Below are positions 28,555 through 36,904 of a stretch of DNA of 64,000 nucleotides, piece after piece. Source of the DNA: Candidatus Nomurabacteria bacterium (GTDB taxonomy: Bacteria; Patescibacteriota; Minisyncoccia; Phycocordibacterales; UBA9973); the NCBI GenBank assembly GCA_020631955.1, contig JACKGL010000003.1:72059-136058 (forward strand), in the 5' to 3' direction. Every line of letters begins with the position of its first letter. The stretch's first letter is position 1. The translations under genes were made by a program, and so were the position numbers. The notes below the pieces were generated by a model. That model worked only from the letters and a program-made list of their open reading frames with translations. It was not told the DNA's origin and searched no databases.

Positions 28555-29461
28555 TTGTTTTTACGATAAAGTTTGCAATTTTCTCTACATCAGAGAATCT
28601 TTCGTTTATTGTAGAACCAAGTACTATTATAATATATTTTTGACTCAAACCCTTGTTGATAATAACAGCCAGATTTCCCCCTGCTAAGTCGGTAAAGCCA
28701 GTTTTTACAAAGTTTATACCAGGTACATTTCGAAGATCTTTAAAAGTGTTTTCAAGCTCTATGTATTTATCTTTATTTAGTATTTTTATCTCGTCTTTTA
28801 CTGTAAGAGTATTTGCTGCTATTAAAGGATATTCATTAAAAAAAATGTCTAAGAAAAGAGCGTATTCTCTAGCTGAAGAATAACCTCCCGCTATATCATC
28901 ACCTTCGTCTAGTCCGCTAGGGTTGATAAAATATGTTTTCTCTAGACCGAGCTCTTTGGCTGTAGTGTTCATAAGCTCTACAAGGTCTTGGTCGGTATTT
29001 TGTTTTAGTTCTTCTTGAGCTGCTTCTGCTACATCGTTTGATGAGGCTACTAGAAGAGCTCTATAAGCTTCATCAAGATTTATTTGATCATCTATATCAA
29101 AACCATAATCCCCATATACTGACAATGCATTTTCCGATATGGTTAACACAGGCGTTTCGCCTCTGTATTTTTCAAATGTATATATTGCAAATATCTTATT
29201 TAAAGAAGCTAAAGGATGTTCTGTATCTATGTTTTTCCCCGCAACCACTTCTTTTTTATTCATATCGTAGACTATAAAAGATGTCGCTTTTATATCTAAA
29301 GAACTGAGCATTTTTCTTTCGGTAAAATTACGATTTGAGATACTAAGAAGGCTAGATATATCTACTTCTTGATTTTTGAAAGATACATTTATAATGAGAA
29401 AAACAAAAAAAAGTATAATTAGCCATATTGTATTATTTTTTAAATCTTGTTTTTCAGCCAT
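28544..29461 (-). CDS. D-alanyl-D-alanine carboxypeptidase (peptidase S11)
   Basis: SxxK (ASLNKIF), SxN (SSND) and KTG (VKTGFT) motifs plus an N-terminal anchor. Its TGA stop lies inside the mraY start region. Confidence 0.85.
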   Translation of the reverse strand: MAEKQDLKNNTIWLIILFFVFLIINVSFKNQEVDISSLLSISNRNFTERKMLSSLDIKATSFIVYDMNKKEVVAGKNIDTEHPLASLNKIFAIYTFEKYRGETPVLTISENALSVYGDYGFDIDDQINLDEAYRALLVASSNDVAEAAQEELKQNTDQDLVELMNTTAKELGLEKTYFINPSGLDEGDDIAGGYSSAREYALFLDIFFNEYPLIAANTLTVKDEIKILNKDKYIELENTFKDLRNVPGINFVKTGFTDLAGGNLAVIINKGLSQKYIIIVLGSTINERFSDVEKIANFIVKTNDL

Positions 29462-29464
29462 TTA

Positions 29465-30028
29465 TTACTCAGTATCATCCGTATCTAACTTTTGAAGCAT
29501 TTGAAATTCTGCCAATGTTTTTGAAATATTAGAATATATTTCATCATAGTTAGGTAAATCTTTTATACTGTCTATGTTCAAATAAGCTAAAGTATCTACT
29601 GTTGGGAAATATTCATATATTCTTTCGTATCCATCTTTTATCTTTTTACTTACAAGACCACGCATCTCTAGATTTCTAAGTACATAACTGCTATTTACAC
29701 CTCTTATGTAGTCAATCTCAGCTCTAGTGCAAGAGCCTTTATATAAAACTATAGACAATACTTCCAAAGTAGCTTTTGTCAGCTCTTTACTTAGCTCTTC
29801 AGTCCTTAGTTCTTCTGCTATGCTTGAGAATTCAGCACTTGTAGCTAAAGATAATTCTTCCCCATTGTCTATGAGTGAGATACCACTGTTTTGTAGTTTT
29901 TCTTTTAGGTTAGATATAGCCGCTTGAAGTTCATCTTGTGTACACTTAAGAAACTTACATATTTCTTTATAGCTTACAGCTTCTCCTTTTATAAATAAAT
30001 ACCCTTCTATTTTATTCTCCAGATTCAT
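29465..30028 (-). CDS. scpB: Segregation and condensation protein B
   Basis: IEGYLFIKGEAVSYKEI winged-helix repeats. Start placed at MNLENKIEG (30028); the ORF track start is 30070. Confidence 0.85.
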   Translation of the reverse strand: MNLENKIEGYLFIKGEAVSYKEICKFLKCTQDELQAAISNLKEKLQNSGISLIDNGEELSLATSAEFSSIAEELRTEELSKELTKATLEVLSIVLYKGSCTRAEIDYIRGVNSSYVLRNLEMRGLVSKKIKDGYERIYEYFPTVDTLAYLNIDSIKDLPNYDEIYSNISKTLAEFQMLQKLDTDDTE

Positions 30029-30767
30029 TGCTTTGTGAGTCTTTACTAATAATATATTCGTCTCTATCATCTTCTTTTACATCTATGAGACCCTGTCTGA
30101 GTAATTCTAACATAGCTAAAAATGTAACAATAGTACTGAGTTTTTCTTCTTTGGATAATGAAGAATTTTTTGATTTAAAAGTAATAGAGTTTCCGTGCAA
30201 AACTCTTTCTTCTAGTGACTCTATCATTTCCTCTATAGAAACCACGTTTACTATTTCTATATTTGGTAGAGCTTCTTTTTTCTCCGGAACTCTTTCTAAG
30301 GCTTCATTTATAGATAGCAGTATATTGTTTATATTTAATGATTCGTGTGGAGTAAATACTGGATCTTTTGTTATTGATTGACGTCCAAACATTCTGACGG
30401 TATTGGCAAAACTTTTTTCTATTAGATCACTGGCATTTTTTATATTATTCAATAAAAACAGTCTATATTTAAGGTCATCTATCTTTTCACTTTCTTCATC
30501 TGTAAGAGTAAGACTTGGTAGGAGTGATTTTGATTTTATGAGGACCAAAATAGAGGCGGTAGTGATGAATGATATTCTAGGTCTTATATCTACACTTATT
30601 GGTAAGCTTTTTGTATATACAATAAAATCTTCTGCTATTTCTGCTAGAGCAACGTCAGATATATGAAGCTTCCTCTCTTCTATAAGAGAAAGTATTTTGC
30701 TTAAAGGTCCACTTACCTCGCCTTTTGTATATACATATTCTATTTCGTTTTCCAGATTATTTGTCAT
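30012..30767 (-). CDS. scpA: Segregation and condensation protein A
   Basis: GPLSKILSLIEERKLHISDVALAEIAEDF matches the ScpA N-terminal pattern. Overlaps the aspS end by 11 nt. Confidence 0.85.
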   Translation of the reverse strand: MTNNLENEIEYVYTKGEVSGPLSKILSLIEERKLHISDVALAEIAEDFIVYTKSLPISVDIRPRISFITTASILVLIKSKSLLPSLTLTDEESEKIDDLKYRLFLLNNIKNASDLIEKSFANTVRMFGRQSITKDPVFTPHESLNINNILLSINEALERVPEKKEALPNIEIVNVVSIEEMIESLEERVLHGNSITFKSKNSSLSKEEKLSTIVTFLAMLELLRQGLIDVKEDDRDEYIISKDSQSNESGE

Positions 30768-32163
30768 CTTTATTTTTAATATCTAGTTTTAGAGAAAGTT
30801 CTTTTAGTTGTTTTTCTTCTATTTTAGATGGTGAGCTCATCATAAGGTCTTTACCCTCTCCGTTTTTAGGGAAAGCTATGACTTCTCTAATATTGGGTTC
30901 TCCTTGTAAGAGCATAACTATACGATCAATACCAGGAGCAAAGCCACCGTGCGGCGGAGCTCCATACGAAAACGCTTCTAACATATGACCAAATTTCATT
31001 TGTTGTGTTTCTTTGGAAATATTTAAAATGTTAAAAACTTGTTCCTGAAGACTTCTTTCATGAATTCTTATAGAACCAGATGAAAGTTCGTAACCGTTTA
31101 ATACAAGGTCATAAGCATTTGCTCGTATATTAAATATGTCTTCACCTTTCATAAACTTATCTTTATCCTCTGGTTTTATAGAACAAAATGGATGATGGAC
31201 TGCTTGTAATTCACCTTCATCAGTTTTCTCAAACATGGGAAAGTCAAGAATCCAGCAGAAAGCCAGTTCATCTACATCTTCTTTATTTTTCCTTAGGTCT
31301 GGTTTATCGGAACCATATTTTTCCATTGACTCAGCATATGTCATTCGAGGAAACGGTACACTTGTGAATTTTTTTTGAGGGTATAGAGTTTTGATAAGTT
31401 CAATAAACATTCCTTCTGTGAAATCTAATACATCTTCTTGTTCTACAAAAGACATTTCATAATCAAGTTGAGTGAATTCTGGTTGCCTATCTCCTCTTAG
31501 ATCTTCATCTCTCATACATCTGGCTATTTGAAAATACTTTTCAAAACCAGCGACCATACAAAGTTGTTTGAATTGTTGCGGTGATTGTGGAAGTGCATAA
31601 AAATGACCAGGATAAATTCTTGAAGGAACTACATACTCACGAGAACCTTCAGGTGTACCCTTCATGAGCATTGGCGTTTCTATTTCGATAAAATCATTTT
31701 TATGCATGTATTCTCTGAAAAAATTAATAATTTTATCTCTCATTCTTATATTGTTCTGCATTCTAGGTCTCCTAAGATCCAAATATCGATATTTCAATCT
31801 ATTTTCTTCACCTATTTCACTTCCATCTCCAGTTACATCTATAGGAGGTGTATCTGCGCGATTTATTATTTCTATTTCAAGTATCTCGAGTTCTATATCA
31901 CCATTTTGTTTATCAGGTTGGATATTTTTCTCTGGTCTTCCATTGACTTTTCCTTTCACCTTAACAACCCATTCAGGTCTAACTTCCTTACCTATTTCCA
32001 TTGCCAAAGAACCTGGCAATATAATTCCTTGTACATATCCAGACATATCTCTAAAATCCATGAATATCATTTTTCCCTGGTCACGTCTAACATCGACCCA
32101 TCCTGATATGGATACTTCTGTACCTTTTACAGAAGATAAATCTTTTATATATGTTCTTTTCAT
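30757..32163 (-). CDS. aspS: Aspartyl-tRNA synthetase, bacterial type but lacking the GAD insertion domain
   Basis: QSPQQFKQLCMVAGFEKYFQIARCMRDEDLRGDRQPEFTQLD (motif 2) and GAPPHGGFAPGIDRIVML (motif 3). Only about 12 aa lie between SDKPDLR and WILDFPMFE. Confidence 0.93.
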   Translation of the reverse strand: MKRTYIKDLSSVKGTEVSISGWVDVRRDQGKMIFMDFRDMSGYVQGIILPGSLAMEIGKEVRPEWVVKVKGKVNGRPEKNIQPDKQNGDIELEILEIEIINRADTPPIDVTGDGSEIGEENRLKYRYLDLRRPRMQNNIRMRDKIINFFREYMHKNDFIEIETPMLMKGTPEGSREYVVPSRIYPGHFYALPQSPQQFKQLCMVAGFEKYFQIARCMRDEDLRGDRQPEFTQLDYEMSFVEQEDVLDFTEGMFIELIKTLYPQKKFTSVPFPRMTYAESMEKYGSDKPDLRKNKEDVDELAFCWILDFPMFEKTDEGELQAVHHPFCSIKPEDKDKFMKGEDIFNIRANAYDLVLNGYELSSGSIRIHERSLQEQVFNILNISKETQQMKFGHMLEAFSYGAPPHGGFAPGIDRIVMLLQGEPNIREVIAFPKNGEGKDLMMSSPSKIEEKQLKELSLKLDIKNKDDK

Positions 32164-32372
32164 ATTTTTTAGAGCTCAGAAAGCAAAAATCGCCTCCACG
32201 AACTATGATTATTTCATAATACGCAGGGGCGATTCTTGTGGAAACGCGGTGCCACCCTACTTTTTCGACTCTTTACAGCTATTTCGGGCTTACCCGGAAG
32301 GTTCTACTTTCCTATAGATAGGATTTCTTCCCTCTTCCTCCCTCGTGTCTGCGAGATCCTAGGATATGGGAT
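32164..32372 (-). promoter_or_regulatory. T-box riboswitch leader controlling aspS
   Basis: On the minus strand, AGUAGGGUGGCACCGCG (plus 32245-32261) matches the T-box core. It can form the antiterminator AGGG-[UGGCACC]-GCG ... CGC-CCCU. The competing 13-bp terminator AAUCGCCCCUGCG / CGUGGAGGCGAUU (32188-32234) is followed by UUUUGCUUU, and the aspS ATG lies 18 nt downstream of the terminator's UUUUGCUUU tract. Confidence 0.85.
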
Positions 32373-32531
32373 TATTATATAATTTGCAAAAAGAAATGTC
32401 TACCTGTATACTGTGCCTTCATGATAAGACTTATTTTGAACACAATTTTCGCCGGTATATTCTTTTTAGCTTGGGCTTTCGAGTATGTGTTTGCTGGGAT
32501 CAAATTCTCAATGGCTTTTTTGCTTGAGAAG

Positions 32532-33482
32532 CTAGACCAATAATAAGCCTGTAACCTCTCTCATTTTCAATAGTTTTGCGTCTGCTATTTCTTTGGCTTT
32601 TATTGTCCCTTCATTTATTATTTTTATTATTTCATCTTTATTTTTTTCTAGTTGAGCTCTCTTCTCTCTCATTGGACTTATAAAAGCATCCAAGTCATCT
32701 ATTAGAGCTTCTTTTAGTGCTTTATACTGACCCTTGTTTTCCTTATACAAGTTTTCTACATAATCTTTGTCTTTTATCAAAAGATGGATAGCTTTTACAT
32801 TTGTTGGCTCACCTTCCCCACTGTCTGTGACGATAGACATAACTTTTTTTGTTATAGTTTCTTTGTCAGCGAAAAGTGGGATAGTGTTGTTGTAACTCTT
32901 GGACATCTTTTGTCCGTCGGTACCAGGTACAACAGCTACATTTTCTATTATGTATTCTTTTGGTTCTTTGAAAAGATCTGTGTTATATGTATTGTTAAAT
33001 TTTTGAGCAATATCACGAGCTATTTCTATATGTTGTTTTTGGTCTTGTCCTACAGGTACTAAGTCAGTGTCATAAAGTAATATATCTGCAGCCATAAGAA
33101 CTGGATAGTTAAATGTCCCAACAAGGATGTCTTTATTTTTTGCTTCTGCATCTTTGAAAGCATGAGCTCTCATAAGATACGGCATAGTGACCAATGTATC
33201 AAATATCCATGTAGCTTCGGTGTGAGCTGGTATTTGTGATTGCTGAAATATTACACTTTTTTTGGGGTCTATACCTACAGCTAAATAATCAAGAACTATA
33301 TTTATTATGGATTCTTGCATTGCTTTCGGGTCTTTTTGAGTGTTCATAGCATGAAGGTCTGGTATGAAAAAAAAGCATTTGTACTCATCCTGAAGTTCTA
33401 CAAATTGCTTTAATGCACCGAAATAATTACCTATATGAAGTTCTCCTGAAGGCTTGACACCTGATAAAAGTATTTTATTCAT
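32532..33482 (-). CDS. trpS: Tryptophanyl-tRNA synthetase
   Basis: HIGH-type GELHIGNYFGA and KMSKS. Start moved to the ATG at 33482; the ORF track start at 33488 is a TTG. Confidence 0.93.
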   Translation of the reverse strand: MNKILLSGVKPSGELHIGNYFGALKQFVELQDEYKCFFFIPDLHAMNTQKDPKAMQESIINIVLDYLAVGIDPKKSVIFQQSQIPAHTEATWIFDTLVTMPYLMRAHAFKDAEAKNKDILVGTFNYPVLMAADILLYDTDLVPVGQDQKQHIEIARDIAQKFNNTYNTDLFKEPKEYIIENVAVVPGTDGQKMSKSYNNTIPLFADKETITKKVMSIVTDSGEGEPTNVKAIHLLIKDKDYVENLYKENKGQYKALKEALIDDLDAFISPMREKRAQLEKNKDEIIKIINEGTIKAKEIADAKLLKMREVTGLLLV

Positions 33483-33488
33483 GCCCAA

Positions 33489-33497
33489 ATTTTACCA
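33489..33497 (-). promoter_or_regulatory. Extended -10 element TGgTAAAAT, 6 nt upstream of the trpS ATG
   Basis: Read on the minus strand; the gap ttgggc has no SD. Confidence 0.4.
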
Positions 33498-33545
33498 TAT
33501 ATTAGTTTATTTATAAATATCAACAGCTTTTCAACTATTTTTTTC

Positions 33546-33573
33546 TTTACTTATATTTATTTATAAATAAAAT
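33546..33573 (+). promoter_or_regulatory. Putative dnaB promoter TTTACT-16-TAAAAT, with the -10 ending 6 nt before the ATG
   Basis: Hexamers and spacing read directly. AT-rich context lowers specificity. Confidence 0.3.
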
Positions 33574-33579
33574 AACCAT

Positions 33580-34977
33580 ATGGAACCACAACCAAGCGAG
33601 AACAATAACTATATTACTCCACCACATGACGAGTACTCAGAAAAGGCCCTTTTAGGATCTATTTTAATATCTCCAGAAAACTATTACGAAATAGAAGCTA
33701 AAATAACAAAATCAGACTTTTACAACTCAAAGCACGCCACCATATTTGAAGCCATAGAAAGTCTAAGATCAAAATCAGACCCTGTAGATATGATTACTGT
33801 TTCAGACGAACTTGCTCGTAATGAAAAGCTGGATATGGTTGGAGGTAGAGCTTATATAGCTTCGCTAACTAAAGAAGTGCCACTTTCTGCCAATTCTAAA
33901 TATTATGCAGATATAGTTTATAAAAAATCACAGCTTCGCAAACTACTAAAAGCTGGAGGTAATATAACAGGACTAGCTCTGTCTGGTAATAAAGATAAAG
34001 ATGTTGCTGATATTTTTGATGATGCAGAAAAAGAAATATTTAATATCACACAAAATACTAAAGATCATAAATATACTAGTATGGGTGACCTTATTAGCGA
34101 AACGAAAGAAGAATTGGAAAACCTGCAATCTCACGACAACGCCCATAGAGGTGTACCTACTGGGTTTACTGATTTGGACAAAAAGATATCAGGTCTACAA
34201 AAAACAGATTTGATCATATTGGCAGCAAGACCTTCTGTCGGTAAAACTACCTTTGCTTTGGATATGGTAAGAAACATTGGCGCTCGATCTGGGCTACCTG
34301 TAGTGTTCTTTTCATTGGAAATGTCCTCTTCTCAACTTGTAATGAGACTTTTAGCTACAGAAGCCAGAGTAGATGCTTGGAAACTTCGTACCGGAAAAAT
34401 AGATGACGCTAGTTCATACAAACAAGTTTATGATGCTCTAGAGAGACTTGGAAAAGCTCCGATATATATAAATGATGAGGCTGCGATAACTAGTGCAAAG
34501 ATGAAATCTTATGCTAGGCAGATAAAAGCTAAACACGGACTTTCTCTTATCGTAGTCGATTATTTACAGCTCATGACACCCTCCAAGAACTATGATTCTA
34601 TGGTCAACCAAGTGACAGAGATATCAAGATCTTTAAAGATAATGGCTAAAGAGTTGAATGTGCCAGTACTTGCCCTATCACAGCTTTCTCGTGCAGTAGA
34701 AGCTAGAGGTGGTAAACCAAGACTTTCAGATCTTAGAGACTCTGGTTCTATCGAACAAGACGCTGATATTGTAATGTTTATTCATAGAGAAAATAGAGGT
34801 GACGCAGAAACTGGTGTACCTAATATTACACAAATACTCATAGAAAAACACAGAAATGGTCCTACTGGAGTGGTAGATCTAGTATTCGATGAGCGTACTA
34901 CAACTTTTCATTCTGTAGATAGAGAAAGAGATTTACCAGAATATTCTAGTAGAAAAGCTTCCCTTAATGACTTATAA
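33580..34977 (+). CDS. dnaB: Replicative DNA helicase
   Basis: Walker A ARPSVGKTTFALD, IVVDYLQLM, and the DnaB N-terminal domain. 465 aa, no intein. Confidence 0.95.
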   Translation: MEPQPSENNNYITPPHDEYSEKALLGSILISPENYYEIEAKITKSDFYNSKHATIFEAIESLRSKSDPVDMITVSDELARNEKLDMVGGRAYIASLTKEVPLSANSKYYADIVYKKSQLRKLLKAGGNITGLALSGNKDKDVADIFDDAEKEIFNITQNTKDHKYTSMGDLISETKEELENLQSHDNAHRGVPTGFTDLDKKISGLQKTDLIILAARPSVGKTTFALDMVRNIGARSGLPVVFFSLEMSSSQLVMRLLATEARVDAWKLRTGKIDDASSYKQVYDALERLGKAPIYINDEAAITSAKMKSYARQIKAKHGLSLIVVDYLQLMTPSKNYDSMVNQVTEISRSLKIMAKELNVPVLALSQLSRAVEARGGKPRLSDLRDSGSIEQDADIVMFIHRENRGDAETGVPNITQILIEKHRNGPTGVVDLVFDERTTTFHSVDRERDLPEYSSRKASLNDL

Positions 34978-35566
34978 TACTTCTGTGGAGGAAAAACTTT
35001 TACAAATTATCAAAAAGTTCCCAGGAGTCGGGCAAAGACAAGCAAGTAGGATTGTGTATTTTTTACGTACGCTGAAAAATGACGAATTCAACACTTTTGT
35101 ATCAACTTTAAAAAACATTAAAGAAAATACTTCTTATTGTAGTGAATGTTTTTGTCTGATAAGTAGCAATAGCGCCACTTGTGATTTTTGCGGTAAAAAC
35201 AAAGACCACTCCAAACTTCTCGTAGTAGAAAAAGATATAGATAAAGACGTGATGGTCAGCTCACATTATTCTGGAGATGTTTTTATATTGGGTTCTTTAT
35301 TCTCTGTTATTAAAAACACTATTCTAAATCCAGAAAGACTTGTATCTTTGAAAGATAAAGTACTGAAAAACAATTATGAAGAGATAATACTCGCCTTCTC
35401 TGATACAAAAGAAGGTCAGTTTACCACAGATAGATTAGAGGATGAATTTAAAAAATATGGTTATAAAGGAAAAATATCTGTACTTGGTAGAGGTATATCT
35501 ACTGGAGCTGAGATAGAATATCTAGATCCAAAGACCATAGAATCGGCTTTGAGTAACAGAAAATAA
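34967..35566 (+). CDS. recR: Recombination protein RecR
   Basis: HhH KFPGVGQRQASRIV, C4 zinc finger CSEC...CDFC, and a Toprim domain. Confidence 0.92.
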   Translation: MTYNTSVEEKLLQIIKKFPGVGQRQASRIVYFLRTLKNDEFNTFVSTLKNIKENTSYCSECFCLISSNSATCDFCGKNKDHSKLLVVEKDIDKDVMVSSHYSGDVFILGSLFSVIKNTILNPERLVSLKDKVLKNNYEEIILAFSDTKEGQFTTDRLEDEFKKYGYKGKISVLGRGISTGAEIEYLDPKTIESALSNRK

Positions 35567-35591
35567 AACACCTACGTATAGTAGGTGTTTT
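35565..35591. terminator. Bidirectional rho-independent terminator (recR / rplU)
   Basis: AAAACACCTAC-gtata-GTAGGTGTTTT. Confidence 0.8.
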
Positions 35592-35593
35592 AT

Positions 35594-35926
35594 TTATATT
35601 TGATCTATTTTTACTTCTACGAAAGGTTGTCTATGTCCTTTTCTTGTAAGTCTGTTTGATTTTGCTTTATATCTTGTAGCTATCACTTTTGCTGACTTAC
35701 CTATTTTGTTTACTGTGGCTGATACTTTTTTTGCTGAGATAACAGGTGTTCCTAGTGTGACTTTTCCTCCTTGGTTGGTTAGTAGTACTGTATCAAATTC
35801 TACTTTATCTCCTTCGTTCACATTTGGAAGCTTTTCTATTTTTACAGTGTCTCCAGCTGATACTCTGTACTGCTTTCCTCCTGTTTTTATAACAGCAAAA
35901 TCTGCCTTTTTGTCGCTATTTTTCAT
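35594..35926 (-). CDS. rplU: 50S ribosomal protein L21
   Basis: FAVIKTGGKQYRV. Start placed at the ATG at 35926 because TGcTAATAT lies inside the longer ORF (35944). Confidence 0.93.
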   Translation of the reverse strand: MKNSDKKADFAVIKTGGKQYRVSAGDTVKIEKLPNVNEGDKVEFDTVLLTNQGGKVTLGTPVISAKKVSATVNKIGKSAKVIATRYKAKSNRLTRKGHRQPFVEVKIDQI

Positions 35927-35934
35927 ACCGGAAG

Positions 35935-35943
35935 ATATTAGCA
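35935..35943 (-). promoter_or_regulatory. Extended -10 element TGcTAATAT, 8 nt upstream of the rplU ATG
   Basis: Read on the minus strand. Confidence 0.45.
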
Positions 35944-35974
35944 CACTTTTCCACTATTAGCAACAGACAATTTC

Positions 35975-35983
35975 TGCTATAAT
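35975..35983 (+). promoter_or_regulatory. Extended -10 element TGcTATAAT, 6 nt upstream of the corA GTG
   Basis: Read on the plus strand; no SD. Confidence 0.45.
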
Positions 35984-35989
35984 TTTTAT

Positions 35990-36904
35990 GTGGTAAAACG
36001 AAAAACCTACAACGAAATCACTTGGGTCAGTCTCGAAAACCCTCTAACCCAAGAGCTCACAGCCATATTTGACGAGTTCAATGTTCCTGAGTCTATACGC
36101 CAGGAGGTGGTCCAAGACACAGAAAGGTCTAGAATGGATTACTTTAAAAATGGCGTATATCTGTCTTTACACTTCCCTGCTATAAAATATGAGACCGATA
36201 CAGTCGATTCAGAATTTGACTTTATTTTGTTCGATAAAGTGCTTATTACTGTGACACATACTCCTATCAAAAGCCTTAGAGTTTTTGATGATTTTTTTGA
36301 AGAGAAAATACTTACAGGTAGAGCTGATATAGGCAACTTGGCTTTTAATATATTTTATTTTTTCATGAGACAAGAATATCAAAGTATCATAAGTCATATA
36401 GAGGATATATCTAAAGCAGCTAGAGATATTGAAAAACAAGTTTATCAAGATATAAATAAGAGAAAACTAGAGACTTTGACTACACTTACTCACAATGTGT
36501 CTGATTTTAGAAGAGCTCTGTATTTACATAAAGATGTCTTGGAAAGTTTCTTTGGAGTTTGTGTCTCTAGATGGTCTGATATATCTGCAGGTAGAATACG
36601 AAGGCTACAAGCTGATGTAAATGAAGTTTTGATAAATCTTGAGAACAATAAAGAATTCTTGTCTGATCTAAAAGAAGCTGGAGACACCCTTTTGAATCTA
36701 AAAACAAATGAAACTATTAAAAAGCTGACAGTGGTAAACTTCATGTTTTTACCCCTAGCTTTGGTAGCTGGTATATTTGGAATGAACACTACTAGTAACC
36801 TCCTCATACTAAACTCCTCAGAAAGATTTGTCGGACTGATAGGCTTTATGGTTATTGTGTCGCTTTGTATCTATATTTATATAAAAAGTAAGAGATGGCT
36901 TTAG
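35990..36904 (+). CDS. corA: CorA-family magnesium/cobalt transporter
   Basis: GMN signature (AGIFGMNT) before the last TM helix. GTG start. Confidence 0.88.
   Translation: MVKRKTYNEITWVSLENPLTQELTAIFDEFNVPESIRQEVVQDTERSRMDYFKNGVYLSLHFPAIKYETDTVDSEFDFILFDKVLITVTHTPIKSLRVFDDFFEEKILTGRADIGNLAFNIFYFFMRQEYQSIISHIEDISKAARDIEKQVYQDINKRKLETLTTLTHNVSDFRRALYLHKDVLESFFGVCVSRWSDISAGRIRRLQADVNEVLINLENNKEFLSDLKEAGDTLLNLKTNETIKKLTVVNFMFLPLALVAGIFGMNTTSNLLILNSSERFVGLIGFMVIVSLCIYIYIKSKRWL

Noticed and set aside
32421-32543. 40-aa hydrophobic plus-strand ORF (MIRLILNTIFAGIFFLAWAFEYVFAGIKFSMAFLLEKLDQ) in the trpS-aspS spacer.
   Set aside because: It has no promoter or SD context. It runs antisense into the trpS 3' end, and the region is better explained as trpS 3' hairpin (TTCTCAA...TTGAGAA) and T-box promoter DNA. 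Cannot be excluded without expression data.
35988-35996. Mini-ORF ATG-TGG-TAA overlapping the corA GTG start, considered as a possible leader peptide.
   Set aside because: It is only two codons and lies 4 nt from the -10 box, so it is probably upstream of the transcription start. There is no supporting structure.
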